A stretch of 63,596 nucleotides of DNA, filler included, from Octopus bimaculoides (GCF_001194135.2; 8 parts of 8 records of this genome joined end to end with filler, not necessarily neighbours in it), one strand, 5' to 3'; shown: positions 11,945 to 25,386, numbered from the whole stretch's first letter. The notes: generated by a model from the letters alone, not told the origin. Translations and numbers: made by a program.

Positions 11945-12145
11945 TGACCCCGCTGTCAGGCATTCGCCATGATGGATCGCTAGCCAGTAAATCTTTTTTC
12001 TATATTCTCTCCCTGTGTATTTCTGTGCTCCTTTCTGTCGAAAAGCGTAGGCTCGAAACGTAAAGGACTTTCTCATCTTCCCGAGCGTTAATCTAATACA
12101 ACTGCTTGTTGTTTGCACACCTGTCTTCTTTTGTTTATTGTAAAA
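11945..12145 (+). mobile_element. Penelope pLTR-like repeat with a degenerate hammerhead motif
   Basis: CTTT-CTGTCGA-A-AAGC-GTAG-GCTC-GAAA-CG-TA-AAGG at 12031-12066. Confidence 0.5.
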
Positions 12146-12176
12146 TCCAACCATACACACAGACCCACACACACAG

Positions 12177-12263
<87 letters not shown>

Positions 12264-13301
12264 CGTATGTATGCATGTATGCATGTATGCATCTATCTAT
12301 CCACGATTAGCCAGAATCACGAAACAATGGTAATAACCTATTCACAATTCTTTACTTCAACTTGAATATGAAATCGAGATTACAGGTTACCCCGTCTATA
12401 ATTTCACTGCCACCTTCACATATTTACTAATTCCTTTCTGCTTATTAACTCGGTACAACACCTTTTATTATTTGTTCATACAATCCCATAATCCTAGACT
12501 AATCTTAGCCAATTTATCCTGTATCACTTCTTTCTCATCTGTGCATTCTTCTAAAGTATATCTAACTACAATATAATATATAACTCCTTTATTCCATTAT
12601 TGCGTGTCCTTATAGCATTCTGTATATTTTATTCACATTTATTTGTATGTCTAAAATTTCACAAGACAGTTTTGGCTGTGCAAAAATATATCTCGTGTAC
12701 ATTATCAATTGTTGCGCCCTCTTCGAAACAGAAATAACCATAGTTTCAAAATTTGCTTACTAAATTTAAATGTTTATTTCAGTTTCTTCACCAGCAATGC
12801 ATTCTAATTTCTCCCACAATTCCTCACCCCCCACTGTGCATGTGCACGAGCGTGTGTCTATGAGCGGTATGTATGTGCATTAGGATTTTGATTTTTTGGA
12901 AGTAAACAATTTCCTGTATTAAAAGTCGATGAATAATTTCATATAAATAAGGAAAATAACTTTTTTGTAAGTTTTTTTAAATAAATGTCACCCCAACTGA
13001 AGAAATCTAACACCACCTCTGACCAAAACCATGCAAAATTCTAGTGGGGTTCATAATCCCTACCCAAGATTTTACCAAACTTGGTATGCTAACTTAATGC
13101 AGTGCAGAAGCAGTATATCTCAAAATTCAGCTTTCAAGTTTAAGTAGTTTAGGAGTAATAGAGTTTTTAATTTGTTACCACGTAGGTCCTACTTTAGGAG
13201 ATATCTTCTTCCTCTCCTTTTTATTTCTGTGACGCAAAAACCTCTGACTACATTAACTGTTTTTCAGAATAGCAGGCGTATCCAACTAGAGTATCTAAAA
13301 T

Positions 13302-14300
13302 AATGTCTCATAAGAGAAGTGTCACTCAAAGAAACAAAAAAATTAGGACGAAGACTCTCGTGCAATTTCAAGACTCACATAGGAAAAGAAGACCTGTTCC
13401 TTTAGAAGAGCATTCTTTGGAAAACAACTGCAGGATACCAGTGAAACTTCAAATTTTCTGTAACTGACTGTTCCTTGACGGTACCATCAAAGGAAGAAAA
13501 GAAAGAACAAAGGAAATTTCGAAAGAAGTAACTTTTTTATGGCAAAAGAAATTAAATTTCCCATATTTATCAATTCAAAATGTGAAAGCAAAAGTAGAAG
13601 AACTGCTGAATACCTACGAAAAATGTGTAAAACGAGGAAAATACAATTCATTGAAAGGAATTTTTGACATCACAAACGAAAACGGTGAATGACTGTACAG
13701 TGAAGATAGAAGGTTATATTATCTTCAAATTGAAAGCAAGGGATAGGTTAGTTATGGAACTGGAAAGGCAGCCAGTTCCAAAACTTTCCATCCATCCAAA
13801 AGAAGAAAAGTGTCCTTAATGCCAACTTCAACCAAAGCAACTCCAGTGGCATCGTAGCGTCTGAAGCTGAGACAGACTGAAAGTGAATATTAAGAGTCCG
13901 AAAAATCAGATGAAGAATCCACACAAACAAGGAGGAAGTATAACAAAACTAGAACTGCAACCAACTTAGTAATATCTTCCAAGCTATCAACTCAAAGAGC
14001 GGCAAAACAGTTTATCGACAATTATCTCAAGATGGAATGAATGTCGAGACTTCTTTCCAATCTGGCATTTACAGATCGACCATCAAAGAAGCTGTTGAAC
14101 TTAAAAAGAAAATGAAAATAATGCTACTTTTAGAAAACTGGTCATTGCATTTTGATGGTAAACGTATTGATGACCAGAATATCAAGTGCTAGCTTAAAGA
14201 ATGAACATAGAAAAGTTAAGTTAGAAGCATTCCAATTATCCAACGGAGAAGCCAATAATACAGAGAAGTTCAAAACACTTGAGGAACTCCAACGAATACA
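13302..14300 (+). pseudogene. Decayed DDE-type DNA transposase remnant (superfamily not assigned)
   Basis: Broken frames give KEVTFLWQKKLNFP..KVEELLNTYEKCVKRG..HPSKRRK..QSGIYRS..ENWSLHFDGK (14139-14162). The HFDGK motif resembles the first catalytic Asp region of HWDGK-type transposases. Confidence 0.6.
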
Positions 14301-14455
14301 AAAATTCGACGAATGAGATTTATGTCCACATTTCAAAAAATACATATTTTCGAAAATTAAAAGTCGACTACCAGATATTTAGTAAACCATTCACATACAG
14401 CTGGTTTACTTCTGCTTGACATCGAGTTATTATAACGTTGATTATCTCCCTTGTG

Positions 14456-14459
<4 letters not shown>

Positions 14460-14531
<72 letters not shown>

Positions 14532-14665
14532 TTATGTTTGACTTTTGTTTTGCATCTGTACAAGTTGGATCCAAGTCTCACCCAGAGACCTCAAGAGACA
14601 ACAAGTTAGAAGTTCATGTAGGTGTTATGCCTAGGGTACCATATATTTGGATTTGTACAGTTTCG

Positions 14666-14760
<95 letters not shown>
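14460..14760 (-). mobile_element. Probable LINE 3' UTR fragment embedded between two (ATT)n arrays
   Basis: A ~135-bp unique core (14531-14665) ends on the minus strand in CAAAAGTCAAACATAAA(ATA)n, with (ATT)n on both sides. Clade not assignable. Confidence 0.4.
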
Positions 14761-14762
<2 letters not shown>

Positions 14763-14955
14763 TACTTCTTCTCCTTCTTCTTTACGAGCGTTTCTTGTTT
14801 AAACGTCATCTACTCAAAAAATAACTGGAAAACGGTCTTGCTTTCAGCTTGATAAATGGCAGAATAAATTCTTCTTTCGATCAGGAAACACTGGATAGCT
14901 ATCTGCAAGATCTGTGTTTTTTGTTTTTTAATTTAATTTAAGATTATCTTTGCTC

Positions 14956-15014
<59 letters not shown>

Positions 15015-16451
15015 GTATGTATGTATGTATGTATATATACATGCATGTATGTGTACAGAACATAAAAAAACGTAGACAGAATGAGAAACGAAAACATAGA
15101 AAACAAAAACTTTAAAAAAAAATTTTTCGAACAACGAAAATAAATAAACAGAGAAAAGAGACATGCAACATAAAGAACATTTCTCTCCATCAGTTTTCCC
15201 CTGTTTTATCTACTCCGCGTTTCGAAGGCAAGGACAAGACGATACTTCGTTAAAACAGTCCTTCCCGCAAAGCAAATTAAATAAAACGTTGGATTTTTTT
15301 GCGGAGGGTGAAAGTGGTTACAAAAACAGGACAGTGAGAACAAAATAGTAAAAACACACGGTGAGGGCTGTTAAGCCAAGACGATGGGAAGTGGTGAACG
15401 CTGAAAAAACGAGCTTTGAGAAGAGACAGATAAAAGCATGTCTTGTCTTTACGAATGAAGTGGAAAAAAGATAGATGAATGGCCGTTGGTCACATATGAG
15501 CGACGAGAGGGTATATACTCTATTTTTGTATATACTCTATTTTTGCCCAAACATTTTTTACCTTTTCTAATTTCGTTTTTTGCCTTTATCAAAGGACTCA
15601 TCAACCTCTGACAACCTCCACCTCCACCACCACTACACTTTATTTCCGATATGTAATGTGTAGCATTAAACCATTCATTCACCCCTTCTTATACCTTAAC
15701 TTTTATATATATTTCAGCGATTTATATTACATCAATTGCGGTACACGTACATATCCAAAGATTGGGAATCCCATACAACTTTATTCAAGGTGTTGACTAT
15801 TCGGGTGGGTGAAGCGAACAGAAAATTCAGTATTACATATAGGTTTCTAAAATATACTCTCGGTGTGGGTATATAAAATGTTAGGACAAAAAGACAATAT
15901 AGATAATAGTGGAAAAAGATATGTCCAGAAAAATGCTTTTTGCATTTTTTAAGGGTCTAGGTTTTCCTATTTCTATTTAAAAAGGACATGCTATTTCCAT
16001 TAAAAAAGGACAGTTAAATTTCTAGATATTAGTTTAGATTTAGGTATGGGACGATATTAAACGTATCAGATGCCTAATAACAATTTTAAATACACAAGTA
16101 CAAATTCAAAAGCATCCCAAAAATATTAATTTTATCGTTAAAAATACCTATCTTTGTATATTATGTGTCTCTGCTAATGAAAAAACAAATTCAAAAGTAA
16201 TGGAAAATGCTACAACCATTCTCTAACTGAAGCTGAATATAGAGATGAAACTTTCTATATTCCTAAAAATAGAATTAAAGAACCTAGCAATAAAATTAAT
16301 GCTGTGAATTCTATAAATATTCATAATGAGAAAAATAAATAGAATAGAAAGTCACTTATACAGCAAAAACACGTGTCGGAAGGCAATATAAAAAATGCGT
16401 TTTAATAAATAATTTCATATATATTTCCATAAATATTAACTAAAACACTGC

Positions 16452-17480
16452 AAACGTTACTTAGATAACCAGCTGGTTCTGTGGACATACGCATTTAACC
16501 AGTTTATTGATTTCAAAAACCTAATTAACAATATAAACAAGACTAATGACTTCATCAAGGAATACAATAAGACGCAACTCTCATTCTTGGACATTATAAT
16601 CATCAAAACAGACAAAAACATCGAAACAGATATTCATTAAAAACCAACACATTCTAAATAATACCAGCTGTTCTCTTCATGCCATTCCAAACATACGAAG
16701 ACTAATAATACTTAGAAGAATCTGCACAATTGTTTCAAAAGCTAAAACTCGTAATAAAAGACCCCAGGAATTAAAACAAACACTGCTTGAAAGAAATATT
16801 CGTTAATGTTAATAGACAACGGAAAACAGAGCGTGCCACAGCAATAGATATTCAAGAATTACGAAAAACAAAAACCACGTCAGCTTCATCTAGTACTCGA
16901 CCTTTTATTACAACACACAACACCAAAACAGAGGGGTTCACAACATAATCCATCAGAACATTCCACTAATGAGACAAGACTCAAGGATGAAATAAATACT
17001 TGAAATACACAAAATGATCACCAGCAGACTATCAAAATCCCTGAAAGATCTACTAACCAATGCTAAATCACCCACAACAACAGTCAAAAAGTGTAGCCTC
17101 CATAACCGCGGGACTTGTATCAACTTCATTGAAGACAAGAGATGTACATTTAAATCAGAATACGTTTTTACCATAAAAAAATCTTTTGCCTGTTTGTTAA
17201 AAAATTTCAGTATATTTCATTAAATGTACAGAATGTAATGAAGATTACATAGGTCAAACAAAACTCGCTCTCAGAAATAGACTAACTATTCATCGTCAAC
17301 AAATACGAGACCCAAGTCCTCGACAGATCCCACTGAGTTGACATATAGACATATGTGCAAAATATAAGTTTCTGAAATTCCAAGTGTTCCCACTTTACGT
17401 CTGCTCAGTCAATACCACAGACCAAGACAGAAAAACAAAGAAAATATATTCATACAAAAATACAAACCAAGACTGAATAA
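16452..17480 (+). mobile_element. Penelope-like element remnant (RT C-terminal half plus GIY-YIG endonuclease)
   Basis: KRYLDNQLVLW (16452), LSFLDI..IETDIHxKPT..SCHSKHTK, LKDLLTNAK..VKKC..RGTC, VYFIKCTECNEDYIGQT..LRNRLTIHRQQIR (from 17210). Several stops and frameshifts. Confidence 0.9.
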
Positions 17481-18030
17481 ACTTTAACATAGTACATTTA
17501 CCAACAACTATCTATTTACATATAAACACAATCTATCACTTGGCGTGTTGAATTTATGCGGCTTTTACCCATATGACACTAACGCACAAATTTTGTGAAG
17601 AAAATTTTATGCCTACGTGTATACATACAAATCATAACTATTCAGACACTGGGCTACATAGAAACAACTCCTGTCCACTCTACCACTTGACAGATTAGAT
17701 TCGGAGAGCTTTGATCGTGTAGGACTATCACGAGACACGTTAACTCAACTGTGATACCTTTAACTTACGGTGCCAAACATATTGTCACATGGCATTAATG
17801 AACGGACATAGGGGGGAGCTTATAAAAATTTGAAAACCTAATCATGTGATCATTCTCAGCCAATCAAATCATATGCAAAATAGAGAATAATCTGAGTCAT
17901 GTTCTTTCTATACAAACGAGAGAATTTTTTAACTCCAATCTGAAGCAAAACAGTTTCAGCATAACTCCATATCTTTCTATCTCAACTTTTGAAAAAACTG
18001 AGAAATCTGCGAAACTGGTTATCTTTAAAG

Positions 18031-18093
<63 letters not shown>

Positions 18094-18298
18094 TAAATAA
18101 ATAGATAGATACATACTTACATACATACATACTTACATATGTACAAACATACATTGGTTTATGTATGTATGTACACATTATGTTTCATATTCCGTTACTT
18201 TCTTTTCTATCATCATTCATTTAATTATATATATATATTCATTTTTTCCTTAATTTCCCATACTACTTTCTTTTTTCTATGGTTGTCTCTTATCCGTT

Positions 18299-18360
<62 letters not shown>

Positions 18361-19531
18361 AGTATATATGGCTTGGCCTTTCTTTACTTGCTTATACTTC
18401 TTTATCTCTCACTATTTCTTTCTTTATATCTCTTTGTCTTTTTCTGCTAATCTCTTTTTCCCTTTCCTACTTTATCATTTATATTTATTTTATTTTTCTT
18501 CCTTTGTTGTATTCTTGACTCAGCTGTTCGTTCCATAGCTTCTACGAAATACTGCCAAAAATTCCCCGTCTTTTCAACAAAAACTGGCACAAGCGTGTCT
18601 CCACCCTTTACAGATGGTCTTATATGAATAAACAGAAGCTATGATACCCACACCTACTTTATAAAGCAGGATGTTATACATTGCCTTAAATTCAGACCAC
18701 TATTTTCCCTTTATTTTATTACTTGTTATTTGCACATCTTTAACCACTGCAGTAAAGCTGATAAGTGTAAGAAATAGCAACCAACTTCTCTCCTCAAAAT
18801 GGATTGTTGTTGGTGGTTTGCTAAAAATAAAGCGCAGTACAAGCTTCCGTGTTATTCTTCAAAATGTCTCATTAAAACAAACTATGTTATGATCTAACCT
18901 TAGATTCACTTTAATATTTATGTATAAAAAGAAAAGGAGACAGGATAGTTGCCGCTTGAATGCTTGTGATCATGTCTGTTTTATCAACGGTGATTTGGAA
19001 ATAATCAACAGAAACAACAATGGCGAAAACCCTCCGACAAACATATATGAGAATCATATTAATCAGAACCTGAATATCCATATCACTTAAAGATATTACC
19101 TAAGCATATTTTTATATAAAAGGGGGAAATATGTATAGGTTAAATATTGGTATGACAATAAGTATGCTTATATGTTGCATGATAGTTCTGGTGCTGTTAT
19201 AAAATATGAACATAATAATCAATAGTGATAAAATTATTTTCTCTCGTAAAGTATTCTTAACAAGAAAAATAATTAACAAATAGTGCGTGTGTGTATAATT
19301 TAACGGTATATTTCGATGCTAATACAACAGCAAATAATAGTATAATACCAATGTTAATTTATTGATGTATTTGGGCAGGTCTACGTTTGTATCATCCGAC
19401 AATTGCAAAAGATGTTTTCACAAATTCAAAACTATGCAAAAAAAACGGTACAAATTCGTCATGGTTCAAAACGTTGCTTACTTTTTACTCAACCTGACAT
19501 AATCTATAACTTATATGCCAGTTCCTCAAGT

Positions 19532-19897
19532 GGAGGTGCAATGGCCCAGTGGTTAGGGCAGTGGACTCGCGGTTCGATTCCCAGACCGGGCGTTGTAAGT
19601 GTTTATTGAGCGAAAACCCTTAAAGCTCCACCAGGCTCCGGCAGGGGATGGTGGCGAACCCTGCTGTACTCTTCCACCACAACTCTCTCTCACTCTTACT
19701 TCCTGTTTCTGTTGTGCCTGTAATTCAAAGGGTCAGCCTTGTCACACTGTGTCACGCTGAATATCTCCGAGAACTACGTTAAGGGTACACATGTCTGTGG
19801 AGTGCTCAGCCACTTGCACGTTAATTTCACGAGCAGGCTGTTCCGTTGATCGAGTCAACTGGAACCCTCGTCGTCGTAACCAACGGAGTGCCAACAA
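19532..19897 (+). mobile_element. SINE family C, near full length
   Basis: tRNA-like head TGGCCCAGTGGTTAGG..GGTTCGATTCCC. Pieces recur at 49530-49631 (-) and 61312-61410 (-). Confidence 0.85.
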
Positions 19898-19917
19898 CCA
19901 GTTCCTCAGTGTGTGTA

Positions 19918-19948
<31 letters not shown>

Positions 19949-20339
19949 ATATTTGTATATATGTATGTATGTATGTACGTATGTATGTATGTACGTACGT
20001 ATGAATGTATACGTCTAATATATGGCACATTGAATTTCACTAAGCTTTGTACAAAATGAACTTCAAAGCCACGGTCATTAAAATCTTACGTTTTACTTTT
20101 GAGTTATATTTTCAGTTGACGCTCTCAGACCTTCTTCATATAAAACCTGCTTTAATGTCTGCCCGCCTTTATTTTTCTATCGTAATTTTTCTATACTCCA
20201 TTCATTGTATTTGTTTATGCCTACCTTTCTATCCATTTCTTTCTTGACGCGTCCATTCCCACTCTTTTCTCTGTACCACCTTTACTGTCCCCGCGCATCA
20301 TTCTTTCTCTCTCTCTCTCTCTATCACTCACACACTAAC

Positions 20340-20361
20340 TCTTGCTTTCTCTCACTCTGTC

Positions 20362-20439
<78 letters not shown>
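20340..20439. repeat. (CT)n microsatellite
   Basis: Direct reading. Confidence 0.95.
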
Positions 20440-20744
20440 NNNNNNNNNNNNNNNNNNNNNNNNNNNNNNNNNNNNNNNNNNNNNNNNNNNNNNNNNNNNN
20501 NNNNNNNNNNNNNNNNNNNNNNNNNNNNCTCTCTCTGTCTCACTCTATCTTGCACTCTCGCTTTCTGTCCATCTCCTTCTCTCTCTATCTCACTTCCCCT
20601 CCATTATTTATTTTTCGCCCCTCGCTTATTCTTTTGGCACCGACTGTTCTCATGGTGAGACCTTTCTCTTGGTTTTTTTTTCCAGCTCCTAATCTGTCTA
20701 CGATTTAATTTTAGTTCCAGCTTCTGGCTTGCTTTTGCTCATAT

Positions 20745-20792
<48 letters not shown>

Positions 20793-20954
20793 TATTATTA
20801 TTTTCTATATACATCTTTCTAAGCCCGAAAGAATCCCTACCTTTCCTATTGCGTTACTTTTTCATGTACACCCGAAAGTTTCTTTAAGTATACAAATATA
20901 TTACTACTGTTCCTTTTATATATATACAAATGTATATACAAATTAAGATTCATT

Positions 20955-21312
20955 AAATGGAGGTGTAGCATTAATATAATTTATTAATTGCAAAAATTCA
21001 ACATATCCTCTTACTGTTATTTCGATTGTGCCCAAAGAATTAAAGTTCAATGATTACAAATATTATAGTGGGCAAAATCTCATCAGAGAAGTAGAAAATA
21101 CCGTTAGGTTATTAGATCCTATGCTACCTACCAAATCATCTCAACTTGGTAGCATAACATCTAATAACCTAACGGTAGCATAACATCTAATGACCTAACT
21201 ATAATGTTTTTAATTACTGGAATTTAATTCTTTGGACAAAATCGAAACAGCTGTAAGAGAATATGTTGAAGTTTTGCAGTTAATAAATTATATTAATGCT
21301 ACATCTCCATTT
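20955..21312. mobile_element. ~360-bp foldback with ~115-bp inverted arms (Penelope pLTR-like)
   Basis: AAATGGAGGTGTAGCATTAATATAATTTATTAA... / ...TTAATAAATTATATTAATGCTACATCTCCATTT. The centre has a 26-bp unit once inverted (21103-21128) and twice direct (21148-21199). Confidence 0.85.
21007..21091 (-). ncRNA. Type I hammerhead ribozyme motif with an intact catalytic core
   Basis: Minus strand CTTCT-CTGATGA-GATTTTGCCC-(36 nt)-GGGCACAATC-GAAA-TAACAG-TA-AGAGG: 5-bp stem I, 9/10-bp stem II closed by G-C, GUA site. Confidence 0.75.
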
Positions 21313-21442
21313 TCTGAATTGTAATTTAAATATTTATAGACCAAGACTTATACTAAAAACTATTATTTTATGAATATTACTATTCACAAAAAAAGAAATA
21401 GGTAATGAACCAATAGTTCATTGGGTAATTTAAACCTTTATT

Positions 21443-21486
<44 letters not shown>

Positions 21487-21769
21487 NNNNNNNNNNNNNN
21501 NNNNNNNNNNNNNNNNNNNNNNNNNNNNNNNNNNNNNNNNNNNNNNNNNNNNNNNNNNNNNNNNNNNNNNNNNNNNNNNNNNNNNNNNNNNNNNNNNNNN
21601 NNNNNNNNNNNNNNNNNNNNNNNNNNNNNNNNNNNNNNNNNNNNNNNNNNNNNNNNNNNNNNNNNNNNNNNNNNNNNNNNNNNNNNNNNNNNNNNNNNNN
21701 NNNNNNNNNNNNNNNNNNNNNNNNNNNNNNNNNNNNNNNNNNNNNNNNNNNNNNNNNNNNNNNNNNNNN

Positions 21770-21840
<71 letters not shown>

Positions 21841-21989
21841 TGTGCTTGCTTATTCGTTTCTTTGGTTTTATATATTTATCCTTTCTACCGTTGTAGAGCC
21901 TTCGCATTTTCTTCTTAACGTTCTTTCCCGTGCTATCGTTCATCTACACTCATTTATAACTCAGTAGACATCTTTAAATTAAACTACAT

Positions 21990-24590
21990 TGGCGCAAGGA
22001 TTCGAAATTCTGTTGAATCTTGCGCATCATCAACCAGATTATTAATAGCATGCATGAACCTCTTCGTTAACACCTTGACAATAATTCTGAATTCAGCGTT
22101 CAACAGAGTTATAAGCCGAAAATTGTCTCTATTATTTGAATCCTTTCTCGACACCACCACTGCTACTACTCACCTCACAGAAATGGAAATCCTTCCGTTC
22201 TGCTGCCAGTTGAACGGGATATCTTCCAAGAGAGTTGAAACCTAGTCTGGTATACGAAAGTAAATCCCGTAGAGCAGGCCATCCAAACCAGGTGATTTGG
22301 CTGCTGTTCTACTAAAAATAGCTTTCTATATTTCACGGCATTTATCGATTTTTCGTAACACTCAACCTGTCACGCAGAAAATAGCAACAGACCATCAAGG
22401 TAGGAACTGAAATCAAACCATCGTTCAATCTTGCCATTCGCCCGTACAGTCGACCAAAGTACTGCTGAAAATCCATATACACCTGCTTAGGGTCGGGTCG
22501 AGTAGCAGACTATCATCATGATCCACAAAAGACAGAATTGTAACTTTGTTATTATGCTTCACCTTTGTCACTGGGGTCCATCGAACGGCTTTTGTCACTT
22601 CTTGCCCTTAGAGCATGCACCTTAGCTCTGACAATAAAAAACTAGTCGTGGATCAATCTCGCCGCGATCACACATTTTCAATGCCTTTCGTAAGCGCCTC
22701 TTCTAAATTTTTAAGTTTACAACTAATTCTCATAGTTCTTTTTTTCTCTATCATTATGAACGTAGTAAACATTATTGATTCTATTCTAATCGCCCTTTTC
22801 AAGGCGAACCACCAATGCTTGTTAACAATTAAGCCGTCAAGGCCTCTTTGAATTATTCGCTAATCCGCTCTCTGTATGCTTTGTGCTCTGGGTGCGAGGC
22901 GTTCAACTTCCATCAACTATGTCTCTGCCCATGAAGCTTGTCAAGGTTACCCATGCAGAAAACAAATTTTTCGTCAATGTAGCCGATGATTTTAAAATAT
23001 GGATAACCTATATTACTCTTATTTACTGACCTATAGAATATTCTATCTAGATATGATCTGGATGGTTGATTCGGTGTGCTCATGCCCACATTAATACATC
23101 TGGGAAATCCAGTTGGTACCTATTAGAAAGTTATAAATGATCGAGCAATTTTACAAGGCTTTTGCACTCCTTCTCTAGTTAGCTAGTCACACACAATCCA
23201 AATGTACATCCAATATAGCGTTTCTGTAACCCGCTAGCACTAAAGAGCAGGACGTTCTTGGGAAAAAAACCTCAAGACGCCTGAAGAAATCTAGCTGCCT
23301 TTTCCTTATCTGGGTATACACAGTTTCTTGTCCGAAGGTAAACTCTTCGAGGGCTAAAACAGCTTACTGTTTTTATCCAAGAACATGGTCCATATCGCAA
23401 GGCTCTGATCCTTCTGAAACAACAGAGTAGTTCTACCTCTCAGTTCCAATTGACTCTGAGATAAGTATAGCTCGTATCCACCGGAAATGGGTAAAATGAC
23501 TAATGGATCAAGAACTCTGGTCTTGCTGATGACCTGCAGCAGTTGAACAGGTGGCTCTGCTTCGAAGGTGACCCTAGACCATATGCATTTAGACTGCCGA
23601 AACAAAGGTCATGATTGACAGAAAATGTATGTGAGAAATGGACCACTTACCTTATTCGCTGGATGGGACAGGTGTTTCGTCCACCCCTTATATGTTTCTA
23701 TAAGCAGGTTTATTTTTGTTTATTTCATTTATATTCTCTCTAAAGTCTCCTACTCCATCGAGGTATTTTTTTATAGCGTTGAATGCACCTTGATTAGAGT
23801 AGATGATTTTTGCGTGTGCTGGTGTCTCATTGGTGGATGTGATGAAATTATCCTGCGTAATGTCTGTATTTCGTTCTGTAGTTTTTTGTTGCTATTTGCT
23901 TTCTTCTCCGTCCTCTTTACTACTTGACATGTCCGAGTTGTTCCAAGTGGGGAGGGACATGTCTTGTAGATCATTGTCTGCGTCACTTCACAAATGACAG
24001 CAAGGCTTTCTACCCACAACAGAAGCGTATATTTTTTATGCCACCAGGCAGATTGATCAGGTTTAGTATGGATTCCACACTCCATCCGTTTGAAATATTA
24101 GCTTCGATCCTTTGGCCAAGCAATTTTGTTTCTGAAACTCTTTGATCCTAAAGAGTGTTATTTATATCCTGCACCTCCATAAGGACCACTACCACAAACC
24201 AGCAAACATGTACTTCTGCTCGCACATCGATAATTTTTATCTTTATTACATTACTGCCAAGGTAGACTGTCTGAAAACACATTCATCCATCTTTAATGTT
24301 ATTGTGGAACGCTTTCTAGTCACATCCTCTGTCGTGAACCTCACCACTGGCACACCATATTTAACCCCCGTAACAGCGAACCTTTTATGCTCGAGATTGC
24401 TCGTGTTCATTTTCCTATTTGCTACTGAATGGCTGGCTGTGTTGACCGGCTTTTCATTCCTATCGTTTTAAAACCTACACTTTTCCGACAGATTAGTTTC
24501 TTGTCGGATAGATTCTGGAATGCTTAATTTTTAGCCTTTTTAATTCTTTAATCGTTACTTTAGTTACTCCCTCCTCTCACATAGCGTTTG
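21990..24590 (-). mobile_element. Decayed Tx1/L1-clade LINE (ORF1, APE endonuclease and start of RT)
   Basis: AKSPGLDGL..NWQQNGRI..NFRLITLLNAEFRIIVKVL (21990-22301); YIDEKFV..DKLH..WKLNAS (~22870-23010); endonuclease N-terminus GYELYLS..TTLLF..IWTMFLD (23354-23605); degenerate zinc-knuckle region ~23930-24080. Confidence 0.8.
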
Positions 24591-24639
24591 CGGAAATAGT
24601 AATTTTGAATTTATTAATTATTTTGATTTATATTTGCGT

Positions 24640-24835
24640 TGCTGTTAGTGGTGGTGGTGGTGGTGGTGGTGGTCCTTATGCTGCTGCTGCTGGTACTGGT
24701 GCAATTTTTAACTGTGTTGAAGTAACAGCTTGGTTTTCTTCTTTCTATTTTACACCCACATTGTTGTTTTTGTTGTTGTTGTTGTTGTTGTTGTTGCTGT
24801 TGCTGTTGTTGTTGTTGCTGTTGCTGTTGTTGTTT
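24640..24835. repeat. (GGT)/(GCT)/(GTT)n trinucleotide tracts
   Basis: Direct reading. Confidence 0.9.
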
Positions 24836-25301
24836 CGGACAGCTCTGGAGGTAGCAGGTGTGGTGTTCCATTTTTATGCTTTTTTTTTCTTTCATTTTTG
24901 TAGTTTTCGTTGGTGTCATTGTTGTTAGTGTTGGCATTACTGTTGTTGTTGATAAATGCTCTGTTAGCAGGTAATAGAGGGAAATTAGGAATTTATTCAT
25001 TGTTCGGTTAACGTAACTGGCCTCGACATTTACGAAACCAATTTAGTTCTTTTTTTAATACGTAACTTCGCTATGGAATTGCATCAAAATTCACCCGAAA
25101 GGAACAAAGGTTCCACAGGGGCTACTACCTTCTGAGGATGCTCATTGACTTAATAACAAAATGGTACCAAACAAACCAAATTTACTTTCTAATCGATTTT
25201 ACGGGCAATTCAATGACGTCTTTCTCAAGCAAACTCAATAATAATTGTTACTAATTTTAGCACAAGGCTAGCAATTTTGAGGTGAAGTGTTAAGCTGATG
25301 A

Positions 25302-25332
<31 letters not shown>

Positions 25333-25386
25333 AAGAAGAAGAAGAAGAAGAAGAAGAAGAAGAAGAAGAAGAAGAAGAAGAAGAAG
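25302..25386. repeat. (GAA)n microsatellite
   Basis: Direct reading. Confidence 0.97.

Noticed and set aside
19532-19590. tRNA gene
   Set aside because: A- and B-box-like head with a deleted anticodon arm, continuing into a SINE body.
24605-25000. Poly-Q, poly-L and poly-G ORFs resembling a transcription-factor low-complexity region
   Set aside because: Trinucleotide microsatellites with no flanking domain or splice support.
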